DNA of 61,166 nt, the filler included, from Globobulimina sp. (Eukaryota): the NCBI GenBank assembly GCA_003354225.1. It is 14 parts of 14 records of this genome, joined end to end, with 100 filler letters (N's around TTAATTAATTAA, not from the genome) between each part and the next. Parts side by side here need not be neighbours in the genome. Positions count along the whole stretch, not along the records: positions 8,769 to 13,051 come from PIVH01001388.1; positions 13,152 to 17,431 come from PIVH01001389.1; positions 17,532 to 21,810 come from PIVH01001390.1; 11 more parts are not named here. One strand, written 5' to 3'. Within the stretch, counting starts at the first letter, position 1; every line of letters starts with the position of its first letter. Below are positions 10,231-21,810 of the stretch, piece by piece. The notes under the pieces were generated by a model. That model had not been told where the DNA came from. It saw nothing but the letters and a program-made list of their open reading frames with translations, and did no database searches. The translations under genes were made by a program, and so were the position numbers.

Positions 10231-10685
10231 GCTCAGTGGACTGACACGCTGCCAAAAGTTCTTTGTTCAGGAGTTTATTCAAGATTAAAAATCAGTGTCT
10301 GAACAAACAACACCAAAGCCGTAATCACCAAATGTTTCCTGTTGATATTTGCCACCAACCATATAACGGAAGGAAGATGTTAAAAAAGCATGGAAGGAAG
10401 ATTGGTTTCATTCTGCCCATTCACTGTATTTATTCCTTACCTTACCTTACCGGAATCTGACGCTTTTTTAGCAAACCGTTTCTGTATAAAAAGTATAATA
10501 TAAAATGTATTGTGTACTGGAAGTAATGATATTAGAATAATGTGCTTTGCAGATCAAGTGTCATTTAAGCATGAAAAATAATAAATGCATTCGAACTGAC
10601 GATATCAGCTATATATCAGTAGAGAGTCTAGAGTCAAATCATTAATCCAAAATAAACAAACATTTACAGTGTTATTATCAGCCAG

Positions 10686-11859
10686 TTAGTCATTATTTGA
10701 TTCTTGTTTTGGCTCTTCAGCCACTTCTTGTATTGCTTCAACTTCCACAGGTTTCACTTGTACAGCTTCCACTGCTTCAACTTGTACTGCCTCAACTGGC
10801 ACTGCTTCGACTTGTGCCGCTTCCACAGCTTCTGCTTCTTGCTTTTCTTCCTTTTCTTGTTCTTGTTCTTGTTCTTGAGGCACTGCAGCTGGCTGAGGTT
10901 GTGGCATCGCCTTATTTTTTTCAAAATTCTCCTTCAATTCTTGTTGTTTCTGTGCTTTTTCCTTTTGCATTTCACTTAGATTCTTTTCTAATTCTTTTAA
11001 ACATTCATTCAAGCGATCCGTTGCTTTCTTGAATGACGGATTTAATTTAACCACAGTCTGAAAGGCAGACGCTGCATTCTTATATTTTTTTAATTTTAAC
11101 AACGTTAAACCTCTTAAATAATGTCCTTTTATATACATTGATTTAGGATCTAATTCGCGAATAGTTTGACAATCAGCCAATGCCAAATCGTATTGTTTGT
11201 TGTTTAAATACATTAATATGCGGTTGCTATAATATATTTTATTCGTGGGATGTAACCCGATGGCGGAGCTTACTTTTTTTATCGCCGCCCGCGTATCGCC
11301 ACTCTTATAATCCGCGTTTGCGTCTTCCTTTAATTTCTCAGCAGAATGCCACTGTGCACATAAGTCATCCAACTGAGTTTCGGTTTATTTTTGTGGGCAA
11401 AATGTCATCAAACAATTTCCGGAAATTTCAAAATGTAAAGTTATAACAACGGTGGTTTTGGAAATTATTTTGGAATCAATTAACTTGGCGAAATTGGAGC
11501 GTTATGGGCACTTTTGTTTTTTGAAGGATTTGAAATATTTCCTGATACGATAAATTTTCCACTTTCTTGTCATTGATTTTGATCAAACGAGAACCATATT
11601 TTAATGGTATTTTTTGGTTTTTTTTGTCGCCGGCAACATTGGCATTGAATCCGTCCATGGTTTCCATCACTAAATGGATATCGATCGGTTTTTTGGTGAA
11701 TTTCTTGACTATTTTCTTGCTTTTCTCTTTTTTGCTTTTTCTCTTGTTTTTTGTCTTTTTTTTTCGGGTGGGTCTGGTCACTGTGTATGCCAGTAATGCC
11801 AACGAGGCAATTACCAAACCACCGACTACATAATTTGTAGTCTTATTTTGGCTCAACAT
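10686..11859 (-). CDS. Signal-anchored PDZ-like + TPR-clamp protein
   Basis: N-terminal TM with a basic tract; PDZ-like GSRLIKINDKKVENLSYQEI..LQFR; intron 11373..11484 in phase 0; three TPRs (LKEDANADYK..YYSNR..KGHYLRG); acidic tail. Confidence 0.75.
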
Positions 11860-11968
11860 CCTTTATAAACACTAATAACAACAACTCTATTTTCCTATAA
11901 AAAACATCTTTGAGTGAACTGGTGAATGACACATAGCACTGTCCATCAAGCAAACAAAAATAAAACAA

Positions 11969-13004
11969 ATGTCTCGAGCTCTATTTACGAGAAAAAAAGG
12001 ACCGACGTCGAAACGATTAACCACGCACAAAAGAAAAAGAAATGGTATATTTTCTCGACGAAAAAACCAATTCCCACAAACACCGGATGGCATGAACAAT
12101 ATTACCACGCCAAACGTGCATGACATTGTACATAAACAGCCAGAGCCTGACGATGAAGAAGAAGAAGACAATAAAGAAAATGAAGGATTATCGCAAGAAG
12201 AACAAATGCAGAAAGAAATTGGCGTATCTTATAACTACATTTCTTATATCGGTGCTGGTGCCTTTGGCAAAGTGGTCAAAGTCACAAAAAAAGACAAAGT
12301 CCAACACAAAAATATAAAATCAGACGAAAAACAAGCCGAGGAAACTTTTTATGCCATCAAAATAGTGGGAAACATATTTTCCTCCGTTGCCAAAACCAAG
12401 CGATTTTTACGCGAACTTCGCATTTTGCGCCTCTTGAGCTCGCATGAAAATATTGTCGAGTTAATCGATTTAGTGCCACCCCCAAACCCTTTGAAATTCA
12501 CCACTTTATCCATTGTATTCGAGTACGTGCCGACTGACATAAAAAAAATATTAAAATCCAGACAATATTTTAGCAGTTTGCATATTCAATACATTTTATA
12601 TCAAATCTTATTAGCTTTGAAATTCGTGCATACTGCAGGTACCGTAGTTAATTATGACTTTATTCCACATTCTGTTTAAAACCAATACATTTTAAGGCAT
12701 CGTGCACCGTGACATTAAGCCCGAAAATATTTTGATCAATGAAGCCTGTACCATTCGACTGTGCGATTTTGGTTTAGCCCGCGGTGTGGAGGAAAACCTC
12801 GAAATGAAACAAAAAGACATTCAAAGTGCCTCTGCGCAGATCTTGAATATGGATCTAAAAGTAAAAGAGGCAGCGGTTGACACTACAAAGAAGTTAAAAG
12901 TGCAGAATGCATTGACCAAACATGTGGTGACTCGTTGGTATCGGGCGCCGGAAGTGATTTTGTTGCAGCAGGACAGGGATACTTTGTATGGCATCGATGT
13001 GTAG
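11969..13004 (+). CDS. Mitogen-activated protein kinase, atypical TKH activation motif (3' truncated)
   Basis: [25 protein letters not shown] (across intron 12639..12696), [20 protein letters not shown]. Confidence 0.92.
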
Positions 13005-13239
13005 GCGTTTGCCCAGTCGCTGCCGCTGCCGGATCCGCTGGCGCCGGCCCTNNNNNNNNNNNNNNNNNNNNNNNNNNNNNNNNNNNNNNNNNNNNTTAAT
13101 TAATTAANNNNNNNNNNNNNNNNNNNNNNNNNNNNNNNNNNNNNNNNNNNNTTAAAGCAAATCAAGTAATTTTCCTGTTTCAAGTTAATGTCAACCTGAA
13201 ACGTTTTCGTGAAAATATACTACCTGAAGTTCGCGTTAC

Positions 13240-14877
13240 ATGGCATCCTCATTCTATATTAACATACTATTTCAATTATCCCTATTATTCATCACACTCT
13301 CCTACGCAAGGACAGATTATGGTGCTTACCGTTGGAAAGGATGTTATAAAGATACAGGTCGCCGGGCATTGAGATATGGTCCGCATAGATGGCATTATAG
13401 CATAGATAAATGTTATCGTACCTGCAAAGACAAAGGGTATCAATATTTTGCCTTACAGGCCGGTTCATGGTGTTCTTGTGATCATTCATGGTCACATGCC
13501 ACTAAATATGGTCGCCGTGGTGGATGTCCATCATCACATAAAGGTTTGCTAAATTTTCTCAACTCACTGTATACAGTGTAAACAATCAAAGGTTACGTTT
13601 CTGCACTTTTTACATAAATAATATGGCTGCTTTGTGTTCAAAATTGCCATAATATGCTTTGTTTCCAATGGTACCATACGGTTGCAATTGATTGTTACGC
13701 CAGCTCTGAACATCAGACATACCATCAACATCCATTTCAATTTACTTCTTTGCTAAAAAAAACATGACATATTTCAGGTGCTGGATGGCGAAATGACATA
13801 TTTAAGATTAAATGGCCACGCGGCAGACATTATGGGAGAGTGCATAAAGAAGCAAGTGGCAAAACCTTGCGCATTCGATGTAAATCTAATACCATTATTA
13901 AAATATTACAAGCTTCCTATGGACAAAACTGTAAACGTAGAAACAAAAACAACCAACAAAATAAGTTGCGGACAGCATGCGACAAAAAACGACGTTGTAA
14001 CTATAAAATTGATCATCGCAAAATAGGAGATCCAGCCCGAGGATGCGGCAAAGATTACACCTACGAATATCAATGCAAACGGAAACCCAGAGTTCATAAA
14101 CGAGTCAGCTGTCCGCCTGGCAGCCGTACACTTGGCAGACAAGGACGAAAGAACGATATCGGCGGCTGTGGCTTGCAAGGATGCAATGCGAGATATCGCG
14201 CAAAGAGTATTGGGCAATGCGCACGAAAGTGTCAGGTGTATATTATGCATATACATATTATATATAATAGTTGATATTGATACGAATATATTTTATACTT
14301 ACAGCGTAATAGAAGATGTAGGTCATATTCATGGGCACCAAAAGGGGGAGACAGGAATCATCGGAGCAGGAATGTTTGCACTTTATATGACAAAACCAGA
14401 GCAAATAACAAATGGGGGCCAAATCAAGTGATGTGTAAACGGCCTAAGAGTCCGAGGAAAAAAAGAAGAGTTCGGCGGAGAAAGCGGCGCAGGGCAAACA
14501 AGGTTAGATACGGCCGTTGGAAATGTACGAGTGCTAAGTTTGGGGATCGGGAAAGGAAGGAATGTATTCGAAGGCGGATTGGAGCTAAAAAGCGCAGAGT
14601 GAAGAAGATATTGAGGAGGTGGTATCGGGCAGAGAGGAGGAGAGGATTTGGTAGGTTCAGAGGAATGGGTCGCGGCTTTCGCAAAGGATATAGGATGGGA
14701 AGGCGGGCTGGTTTGAGAAGGACGAGAGGTGCTTTGCGTGGCGGATTCGGGGTTGGCGGTTTAGGATTGAATGGTGGCTTGGGTAAGTTACCAAGGATAA
14801 ATTTTAAAATGCCACAGCTTAAGGATATCGGTGGTAGGCGACGGCCACCGTATATTCGATTGATTGGTACTAATTAA
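13240..14877 (+). CDS. Secreted WSC + SUEL/Gal-lectin + PAN/apple-like protein with Arg/Gly-rich tail
   Basis: Signal peptide; WKGCYKD..FALQAGSWCSC (WSC); ILQASYGQNC..GDPARGCGKDY (SUEL); introns 13544..13777 and 14236..14304 keep the frame through to the stop at 14877. Confidence 0.8.
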
Positions 14878-15043
14878 GTGTACATACAAGAAACAATTAT
14901 TTCAAACTGAGTGCTGATTTTATTTCTTAGTATATGTGTGGATGAATATGTTATTATCAACTGTGCCAATTTGTTTTTTATTCAGTTATTGTGCCATGCT
15001 TAAATACTTCATTTATCTGAAGTGATTACTAAACAATATAAGC

Positions 15044-15883
15044 ATGGCAACTTACTATACAATTCATAAACGGCCACAATATGATTCCAGTGGCGATGAT
15101 AATATGGGGAGAAGTTTGAACCCGCAATCAAGAAACACGTCTCATGCGAACACGGAATTAAAAGATGAAAATAACTATAATAAAAAAGGAGAATATATTC
15201 ATTCTTTTTATAACCTTATATCAATAATTGAATCGACAGAAATTTTACAAAACATTACTGAGTCAACTCAAATGTATTCAATAATCATTGCAGAAATGTC
15301 AATTTTATCTACTTTCATCGCCATTGATTATAAAACAATGGTACTAAATATCAGTAAAACAGGTTGGACATCGGCCGAAGGCAGATATGGTTTAAAAAAC
15401 TTATTTGTGCGAAATAACAATGCCTGTTATTGTTCATCTGAGTATTCAGGGAATTGTGTAGATTTGTTACTTGATTTAAAATATGAATATACATTCAGCG
15501 TATTCCATGCATGGACCACAGGATATAATTATACCTGTCCTTTAATCAAAGCCTATTTATGGGTATTTGGCACAAAAACAGCAATCTCCATTGATCATAT
15601 TAAAAAGCTATGTGTTGAAAAGATATATTCTAAAAAAGCATTTGAGGAATTAAATATATATGATTTTGATATCATTGATCTTCAAACAAATGAGAGGAAA
15701 CGGGATGAATTGATTCCTGTGACTTGTGTCGACGGATCGAATGAAGCAAGTACAATGGGATGGAAATTAAAGAAAAAAATTGCATCCTACATAAAAGGTA
15801 GATATGTTCTAATTAAATTAATAGCGCATGGCAATGATAATGTTGATGCTAAATATGTTGGAATTCAAGGATATAGAATGTGA
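15044..15883 (+). CDS. Hypothetical protein (possible galactose-binding-like jelly-roll C-terminus)
   Basis: 279-aa ORF; GRYVLIKLI...NVDAKYVGIQG end resembles discoidin-like folds (weak). Confidence 0.6.
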   Translation: MATYYTIHKRPQYDSSGDDNMGRSLNPQSRNTSHANTELKDENNYNKKGEYIHSFYNLISIIESTEILQNITESTQMYSIIIAEMSILSTFIAIDYKTMVLNISKTGWTSAEGRYGLKNLFVRNNNACYCSSEYSGNCVDLLLDLKYEYTFSVFHAWTTGYNYTCPLIKAYLWVFGTKTAISIDHIKKLCVEKIYSKKAFEELNIYDFDIIDLQTNERKRDELIPVTCVDGSNEASTMGWKLKKKIASYIKGRYVLIKLIAHGNDNVDAKYVGIQGYRM

Positions 15884-15976
15884 GATTAAAATGTTTCTTT
15901 TTTCGTTTCTACTGCATACAAATAATGACAATGGAGAAAAAACTTTGCATTTTTTTCGAAAAAACCCTTTCTTTTA

Positions 15977-16849
15977 ATGCAAACTCTCTCTGTCCACAGT
16001 AGTTGTGTCTGTGTCACAACAACATTATGGCACAATATATATCTTTATTGTCTAATTGCAATGTTTGTAATTCATATCATCACTGTATTAATTTTAGACT
16101 CTATCTCCCAATACGACTCTGTGTCCATAGCTGAAATTATCATCATTATTATATGCATAATTTTAGAATGGTGTCTGATTCTCATTGAATGCAAACTATT
16201 GCATAAGTACATCTTTCTAACCGAAATCAAGCCAATTTTCTGTTTATATTTGAGCAAAATCTTAGCATTTTCAGATATTTATTTATTAATGTTTAAAATG
16301 AAAGAATCTCATTTTTCTATCCCAGCGAATTTCAATGTAGATACAAATTCGAGCTACATCAAAATAACAATGGTATTTTTAAATTTTAGTATTTCATGTC
16401 AAACATTAACAGGAATATCCTCCGTATCGCCCAAAACCATATCGGCTGAATTATTAACCGCTATACAAGTGATATTATTTGGTATTGGTTATGGAATATT
16501 TATTTTATCCATCGCAGTCTTACGATTCTCTGAACCGAATGAAGAAGAAATAGAAAAATATCGCGAAAAAAATAAACATTCATTTTATAATAGATTAAGT
16601 GTACACGACTTACGACACCGATTATCCTCGGGGACCACTGCTCAATTCACGTTAAAATACGATGGCGACCACACCGAAATGATTGATCTAAATGACATTG
16701 CCACCAAATCTGCAAAATACGATGACGACCACACCGAAGTGATTGATATAAATGATATTCAAACCAAAACCGCGAAATTAGCCGTATCACTCAAACAATT
16801 GCAAATCGACACCACACCAAATACAGGTACATTCCCTACAAAAATGTAA
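15977..16849 (+). CDS. Membrane protein with K-channel pore-like module (degenerate filter)
   Basis: Several TM helices; FLNFSISCQTLTGISSVSPKT aligns by eye with YFSxxTxTTxGYGDxxP; start codon uncertain. Confidence 0.55.
   Translation: MQTLSVHSSCVCVTTTLWHNIYLYCLIAMFVIHIITVLILDSISQYDSVSIAEIIIIIICIILEWCLILIECKLLHKYIFLTEIKPIFCLYLSKILAFSDIYLLMFKMKESHFSIPANFNVDTNSSYIKITMVFLNFSISCQTLTGISSVSPKTISAELLTAIQVILFGIGYGIFILSIAVLRFSEPNEEEIEKYREKNKHSFYNRLSVHDLRHRLSSGTTAQFTLKYDGDHTEMIDLNDIATKSAKYDDDHTEVIDINDIQTKTAKLAVSLKQLQIDTTPNTGTFPTKM
16655..16778 (+). repeat. 60-nt in-frame tandem duplication
   Basis: KYDGDHTEMIDLNDIATKSA / KYDDDHTEVIDINDIQTKTA. Confidence 0.85.
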
Positions 16850-17531
16850 CATTTTTCTGTCTGTGCAAATTTGTGTATACCAAATCTAAGAGAAAACAAA
16901 GTGAAAATAAGTAACTATCTTATTGGTCTTTTCCAAAACAGAGTGTTAAAGTGTGCGTAGTACGTAATTTGTAGGGTAAACATTGTAAAATATGAATTTG
17001 ATAATTTATCAGAGTAATATAGTGTAAGTGCGATAATTATATCATACAAACTTATCTGTATCTATATGTATCTGTTGTTCATCATGAATGTTAGTGATTA
17101 AATATTAGTGTTTTTATAAAAATATAAAAGCGAGTCTTTGACATATTATGTTTGCCTGAAACAGTGTTGTTTAATGACTGTTTACTCAAAAACGACACAA
17201 TCATTTTAAACCGATGCATGTAATAATAAATACTTTTTGCTATACAGAGACCACTGAATTACTCCCACGCGATTTAGAATTCCCCAGCAACAAAGAACCG
17301 CCTTTCACCTCCCCATTATCTCCATCTTTATCACTTTTCCCTGATTTGGATGCTTTAGAATCACATAAAATCATTGACCATTCAATGCGATATAAATTAC
17401 TCGAAACCCATCATTGGATGGTTTATGTCAANNNNNNNNNNNNNNNNNNNNNNNNNNNNNNNNNNNNNNNNNNNNTTAATTAATTAANNNNNNNNNNNNN
17501 NNNNNNNNNNNNNNNNNNNNNNNNNNNNNNN

Positions 17532-18466
17532 GAAAACAAGTAAATTGTAAGAAAAATTCAGAGGAAAAACGTATGCAATTATTGGCAGATTTGTTGCCGA
17601 CAATGATTGAGTTTTGCTGTGGTAATATAAAGAAAATATTATGTCACGAGTTGGCTGGCGGAGTCTTGATCGAATTGGTCAACATTTTGCTGTACGATGT
17701 CGAGGTGAAAAGCCATATGGATTTCAGCGGAGAAGTCGCAAAATTGATTGCAGCCATTGTGGACGCCTCGATTTTGGATAGTTCGGCGAGGGAAATATCG
17801 CCAGATCCGCCAGAGCCAGAAGCAGAGCATGAGGCTGCCGGCAATGCGAAGGCTGTGGAGATCCATAATGTGGTGAAGGACAGCTTGAAATTGGTAGATT
17901 CGACTCGTTCCAGTCATGGCTCAGCGGATATCGATGCAAAGAATGCAACCAATTTAGGCTCGATTGATGTGAGCAAAATGGACCCAAAGACCGCGAGGAA
18001 TATTTATAAGTTGCAGCAACGCGAAGAGATGGTGAAGAATAACATTATTTATATGCGGTTGAATGCGGAGTTTGAGGTTAAAATGATTGAGTATCAGTTG
18101 GTGATGAGGAGGCACAAAAAAAAGATCCGGCGCGAAGATGAGAAGTGTGGACTTATGGAACACAGATTGGCGCATAGGAGGTTGCGGCAAATGGTGGAGG
18201 CGTTTAAGGAGGACTTCCATGCGTATTTTGTGGATGCGTTGGTTGCGTTGAGTGAGGAGGAGTTGATACATTTTTTGAGTGTGAAAGGGGTTTATGTGAT
18301 TTGGGAGTTGTATAATTGTTCGAGTGAGGCGGTGAAAAACAAATTGATGACGGTGTTAAAGCCCGTTTGTGTGGAAATGAAGGGGATTATTGCGGACAGT
18401 GACGGAGCTGACAATAATTATTCAGGATTAAAGAAATTATGTGTTGCTCTTGACGTTGATTTGTAA
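17532..18466 (+). CDS. PUM3: Pumilio homolog 3 / Puf6-like protein, C-terminal part (5' partial)
   Basis: Frame open from the contig edge: CKKNSEEKRMQLL (CPL domain), LMEHRLAHRRLRQMV, SVKGVYVIWELY; resembles the PUM3/Puf6 C-terminus. Confidence 0.6.
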
Positions 18467-18872
18467 ATTCTTCAAAACTTAATACTTGAATTGAATCTGT
18501 TTGAATTATAAGAATTATTTATGCGCCTTCGCATCTCTGTAAACACTGTGTGAACTAGTAATTATTGGCGGGTTTCCACGGAGAAGCTAAAAACGGTTCA
18601 AATTCTACTCAGAAATTAGTGTTTATGAACTAGTCATTCTGACTGCTTCAGATAAAATGATGAAAAATTTATACCGTGTCAGATGACAGATTTATACAGT
18701 TTGGGATGACAGGATAAAATGATGTATAAAATTGCCTGTCAGAATTAATATACAAAAAGTCAAAAACAAACAAAAAAGAATTAAAACGATTCAGGAATAA
18801 ATCTAATAATTAAATACATCTAATAATTAAAGGAATATTTATGTTTAATTTTTTTATTTTTTTTAAAAACGT

Positions 18873-20138
18873 CTAAACAAATAACGTTCCAATAAACATA
18901 ATAACAACACTAAATCTCACAGAATACCATTCCGCATCACTACCACCTACCACATCATCAGTGGTGGTGGTTACAGGCGATGCCGTTGGTGCCGCAGTCA
19001 CTGGACTTCTCGTTGGCCGTTTCGTAACAGGATTTCTCGTGGGATTAGTTGTAGTCGGTGGATGCGTTTCGTTCCAAAATAACGGACTCCGGGATGGTTC
19101 ATAGGTTGTTGGACTTTGCGTAACAGGATTTCTCGTCGGATTCGCTGTAGTTGGCTCCGCTGTAGTTACTTCCGATGTACATCTCGTTTCAATCACATAC
19201 GTAAGTCCTCCGGTATCCACATCATTGCTGCAACATTCACGAATCATCACATAATAAGAACCCGGCTCTAATGTCAGCGTATATTCTTCCCTCAAGCCTG
19301 AGGTGCAATTGCCGCAGTCATCTCCGTCACAAACAGAATCTTGCACTTCTTCCATTGTATTCATATCATAAACATATAAATTGGGATCAAACTCTGTCTC
19401 GCAATCTTGGAAATGTACGCGGGTCTCAGTACTTAGATAAAACTCATAAAAATGAGGACCATAATCCAATGTATTTTCCACGCGATCATTGCAATATATT
19501 TCACCAGCAGATGTAATCGGGGCAGGCGTAGTTGGAGACATTGTTGGTAACGGTGTAGTGGCTAAAATCTCACAGCTTCGCGTAAGTCGTAATATGCGAT
19601 CGCCGCGCCAGCTAGCATATATATTTACGTGTAGCCAATAATCTGTATCAGTATAATATGATGCTCGCGTCCATTCTAAATATGCACCATTTCCAGTAAG
19701 AGTACATCGGCGTGGGTTAGAACTAGCACCTGACACATATCCATAAGCAAGACCCTCTAATAGTAAGTAAAAAGAAAAATCATTGTTTCCTGTGTTATAA
19801 TCACATGCATCGATACCAACAATGCCTTGTTCGGGAACTGAATTAATGGAAATCCAAAGCTCGGTTTCGTTTGCATCAAATGATAGGGTTACTGTATCAT
19901 CACAAGAGGACAAATCACCACCATAAAGGGTCGGAGCTGGGGTTGTTAACGTTTCATTTTGGAATATTAATTGTAATAAAGATCTTGAATTCTGATTAGC
20001 ATTTCTGTGCAATATAAAAATTAGTTTGTAAAATTAAAGTACATATGACATGTTATATATATAGTTTCACATTCCATACATATTAGGTATTGAAGCAGCG
20101 ATTGAAACTACCAATAAAATACAAAAAACGAGAGCCAT
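18873..20138 (-). CDS. Secreted, probably GPI-anchored surface protein with two PPC-like beta domains and Pro/Thr mucin-like repeats
   Basis: Signal peptide MALVFCILLVVSIAAS in a first exon at 20138; intron ends near 20005; FDPNLYVYD..CDGDDCG; PTxNPxT repeats; hydrophobic C-terminus. Confidence 0.75.
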
Positions 20139-20280
20139 GCTATTTGTTTACTTAATTATCTACTTTTTCAAAAACTATCTTGAGAATGATCGAGCATCAA
20201 GTTGTAGTGTGATCGTATCGCTATCGCATTTACGAGACAAAAGTGATATATACATCAATGGAAATGTGTCACTTAATCCA

Positions 20281-21027
20281 TTAATACCACGATTCACCAT
20301 TCTTCCATTTTTTGTATGCAATCCTGATTCTATCCACCATATTTCCAAATGAATTTAGTTTTGGTCTCACATCAATACTATAATAAAAATCTATGTCCTC
20401 ATCTTGAATGAATGCCGCATATTTATCACTGTTATCATCTTCCTTTTCCTCCTCCTTTGCAATGATATTTTTATTATTTTCCGATGCCATTGGTATGGCA
20501 TAATAATCAATCACATATTCCACTTCTTTGCCACATCTATCCACTGTCCAATCATGTCTATCGTAGGGATATGGTAAACCCATAAAATAATGAAAAAATC
20601 TTGCCTTCGGTGAATAAAAACCGTCCTTACCTTCAAATCTCGACAATTTTGGTGTGTCACATTTCATTTTATGCAATTCCTCATAAATCATTATATTTTC
20701 CCATGTTTGTTGAGTAACAATTGAATGAACCGCCGCCACCGACAATGAATCTTCATGCTCAATGGGTTTATTTTTACGTTTTAACGATCGGTATAGTTGA
20801 TTCGCAGATGGATTTAACCATTCTTGCCCAGATTCGCTATTTCCTCGACCTGTCGCTGGTATTTCTATCCCTGGCACAATGTCATGTGGATCAGAATCAT
20901 GTGAGCTGTCAGGTTTTATCACTTTTGCCATACTATGAAAATGTGCTATTCTATGATCAGTTTCTGTGTCTGGTGGTTCATCATTTTGTGCATATTTTGA
21001 ATGATCAACCGGACAAACATCTGCCAT
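20281..21027 (-). CDS. HCCS: Holocytochrome c synthase (cytochrome c heme lyase)
   Basis: CPVDH heme-regulatory motif, WLNPSANQLYRSLKRK, RHDWTVDRCGKEVEYVIDYY, DVRP. Confidence 0.93.
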   Translation of the reverse strand: MADVCPVDHSKYAQNDEPPDTETDHRIAHFHSMAKVIKPDSSHDSDPHDIVPGIEIPATGRGNSESGQEWLNPSANQLYRSLKRKNKPIEHEDSLSVAAVHSIVTQQTWENIMIYEELHKMKCDTPKLSRFEGKDGFYSPKARFFHYFMGLPYPYDRHDWTVDRCGKEVEYVIDYYAIPMASENNKNIIAKEEEKEDDNSDKYAAFIQDEDIDFYYSIDVRPKLNSFGNMVDRIRIAYKKWKNGESWY

Positions 21028-21313
21028 CAGGAATTTAATTATTTTCCACAAAATGTTAAAAAAAACTTGAGTCTGAAAGTATTTCATAAATATAGCAAGT
21101 TTCGTAAAAACAAAGTCCGCGGATCTGGTTTAATTACATACGTAACAGGGACAACAGAAACATTCTTATGTACTCAACTTTCGATATTAACCAATCTCAT
21201 TACGATTAACGTTAAATTAAGGTAAAAATGATAAGGTAAATCATATTAAGAAGAAAAAAACAATATTTACATAACAAATAATGCAGGTCATTGTCATTGA
21301 TGTCAAATGTCAT

Positions 21314-21810
21314 TTATAATTTTGATACAAGAACATTGATACTTTTTTTTAATAATATTTTAATGTGCGGCGCTAAATATGGTGCATATTGGTGTAATTT
21401 TTGTATAGATAAATGCTTTGCTCCTCCAACATATTTACAACATTGGTCGGCACCGCAACTACATAAAAATGGCGATACCATTTCCCATTCATTACAACAA
21501 TAAAACCGTGTTAATTCTTCACCGATTTTAATGTCCCGTAAAGCAAATGATTGCATTTTTTTGAAATCATGATAAAAATTTGGATCACATGAATGATTAT
21601 AATATCTAAAGTCCTCTGTATCATACAGTATATTCTTATTTACATCAATCTGTGAGGTATGACTGGTTTTCTTTGGCATTACAATGGCATTGCGCCAATC
21701 ACACACCTTTACATATATAGATACTCATTGTTTGTATCATTGTTATACAAATTAACTTAACCATCTCATCTTTTTTTATATTCACAACCGCGAATATGCC
21801 TGCTTGTGAA
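21314..21810 (-). CDS. Small SET-domain protein with post-SET motif (5' partial)
   Basis: GIFAVVNIKKDE / intron 21707..21761 / YYNHSCDPN..ALRDIKIGEELT..FLCSCGADQC. Confidence 0.88.

Noticed and set aside
10540-10570. AGATCAAGTGT resembling U2 snRNA (similar motif near 20185)
   Set aside because: Lacks the GTAGTA branch-pairing sequence in context, stem I and a Sm site.
10697-11032. Antisense and alternate-frame ORFs over real genes (e.g. 10697..11032, 14424..14684, 37846..38145, 44198..44650, 58038..58457)
   Set aside because: Shadow ORFs opposite low-complexity coding sequence, with no independent motifs.
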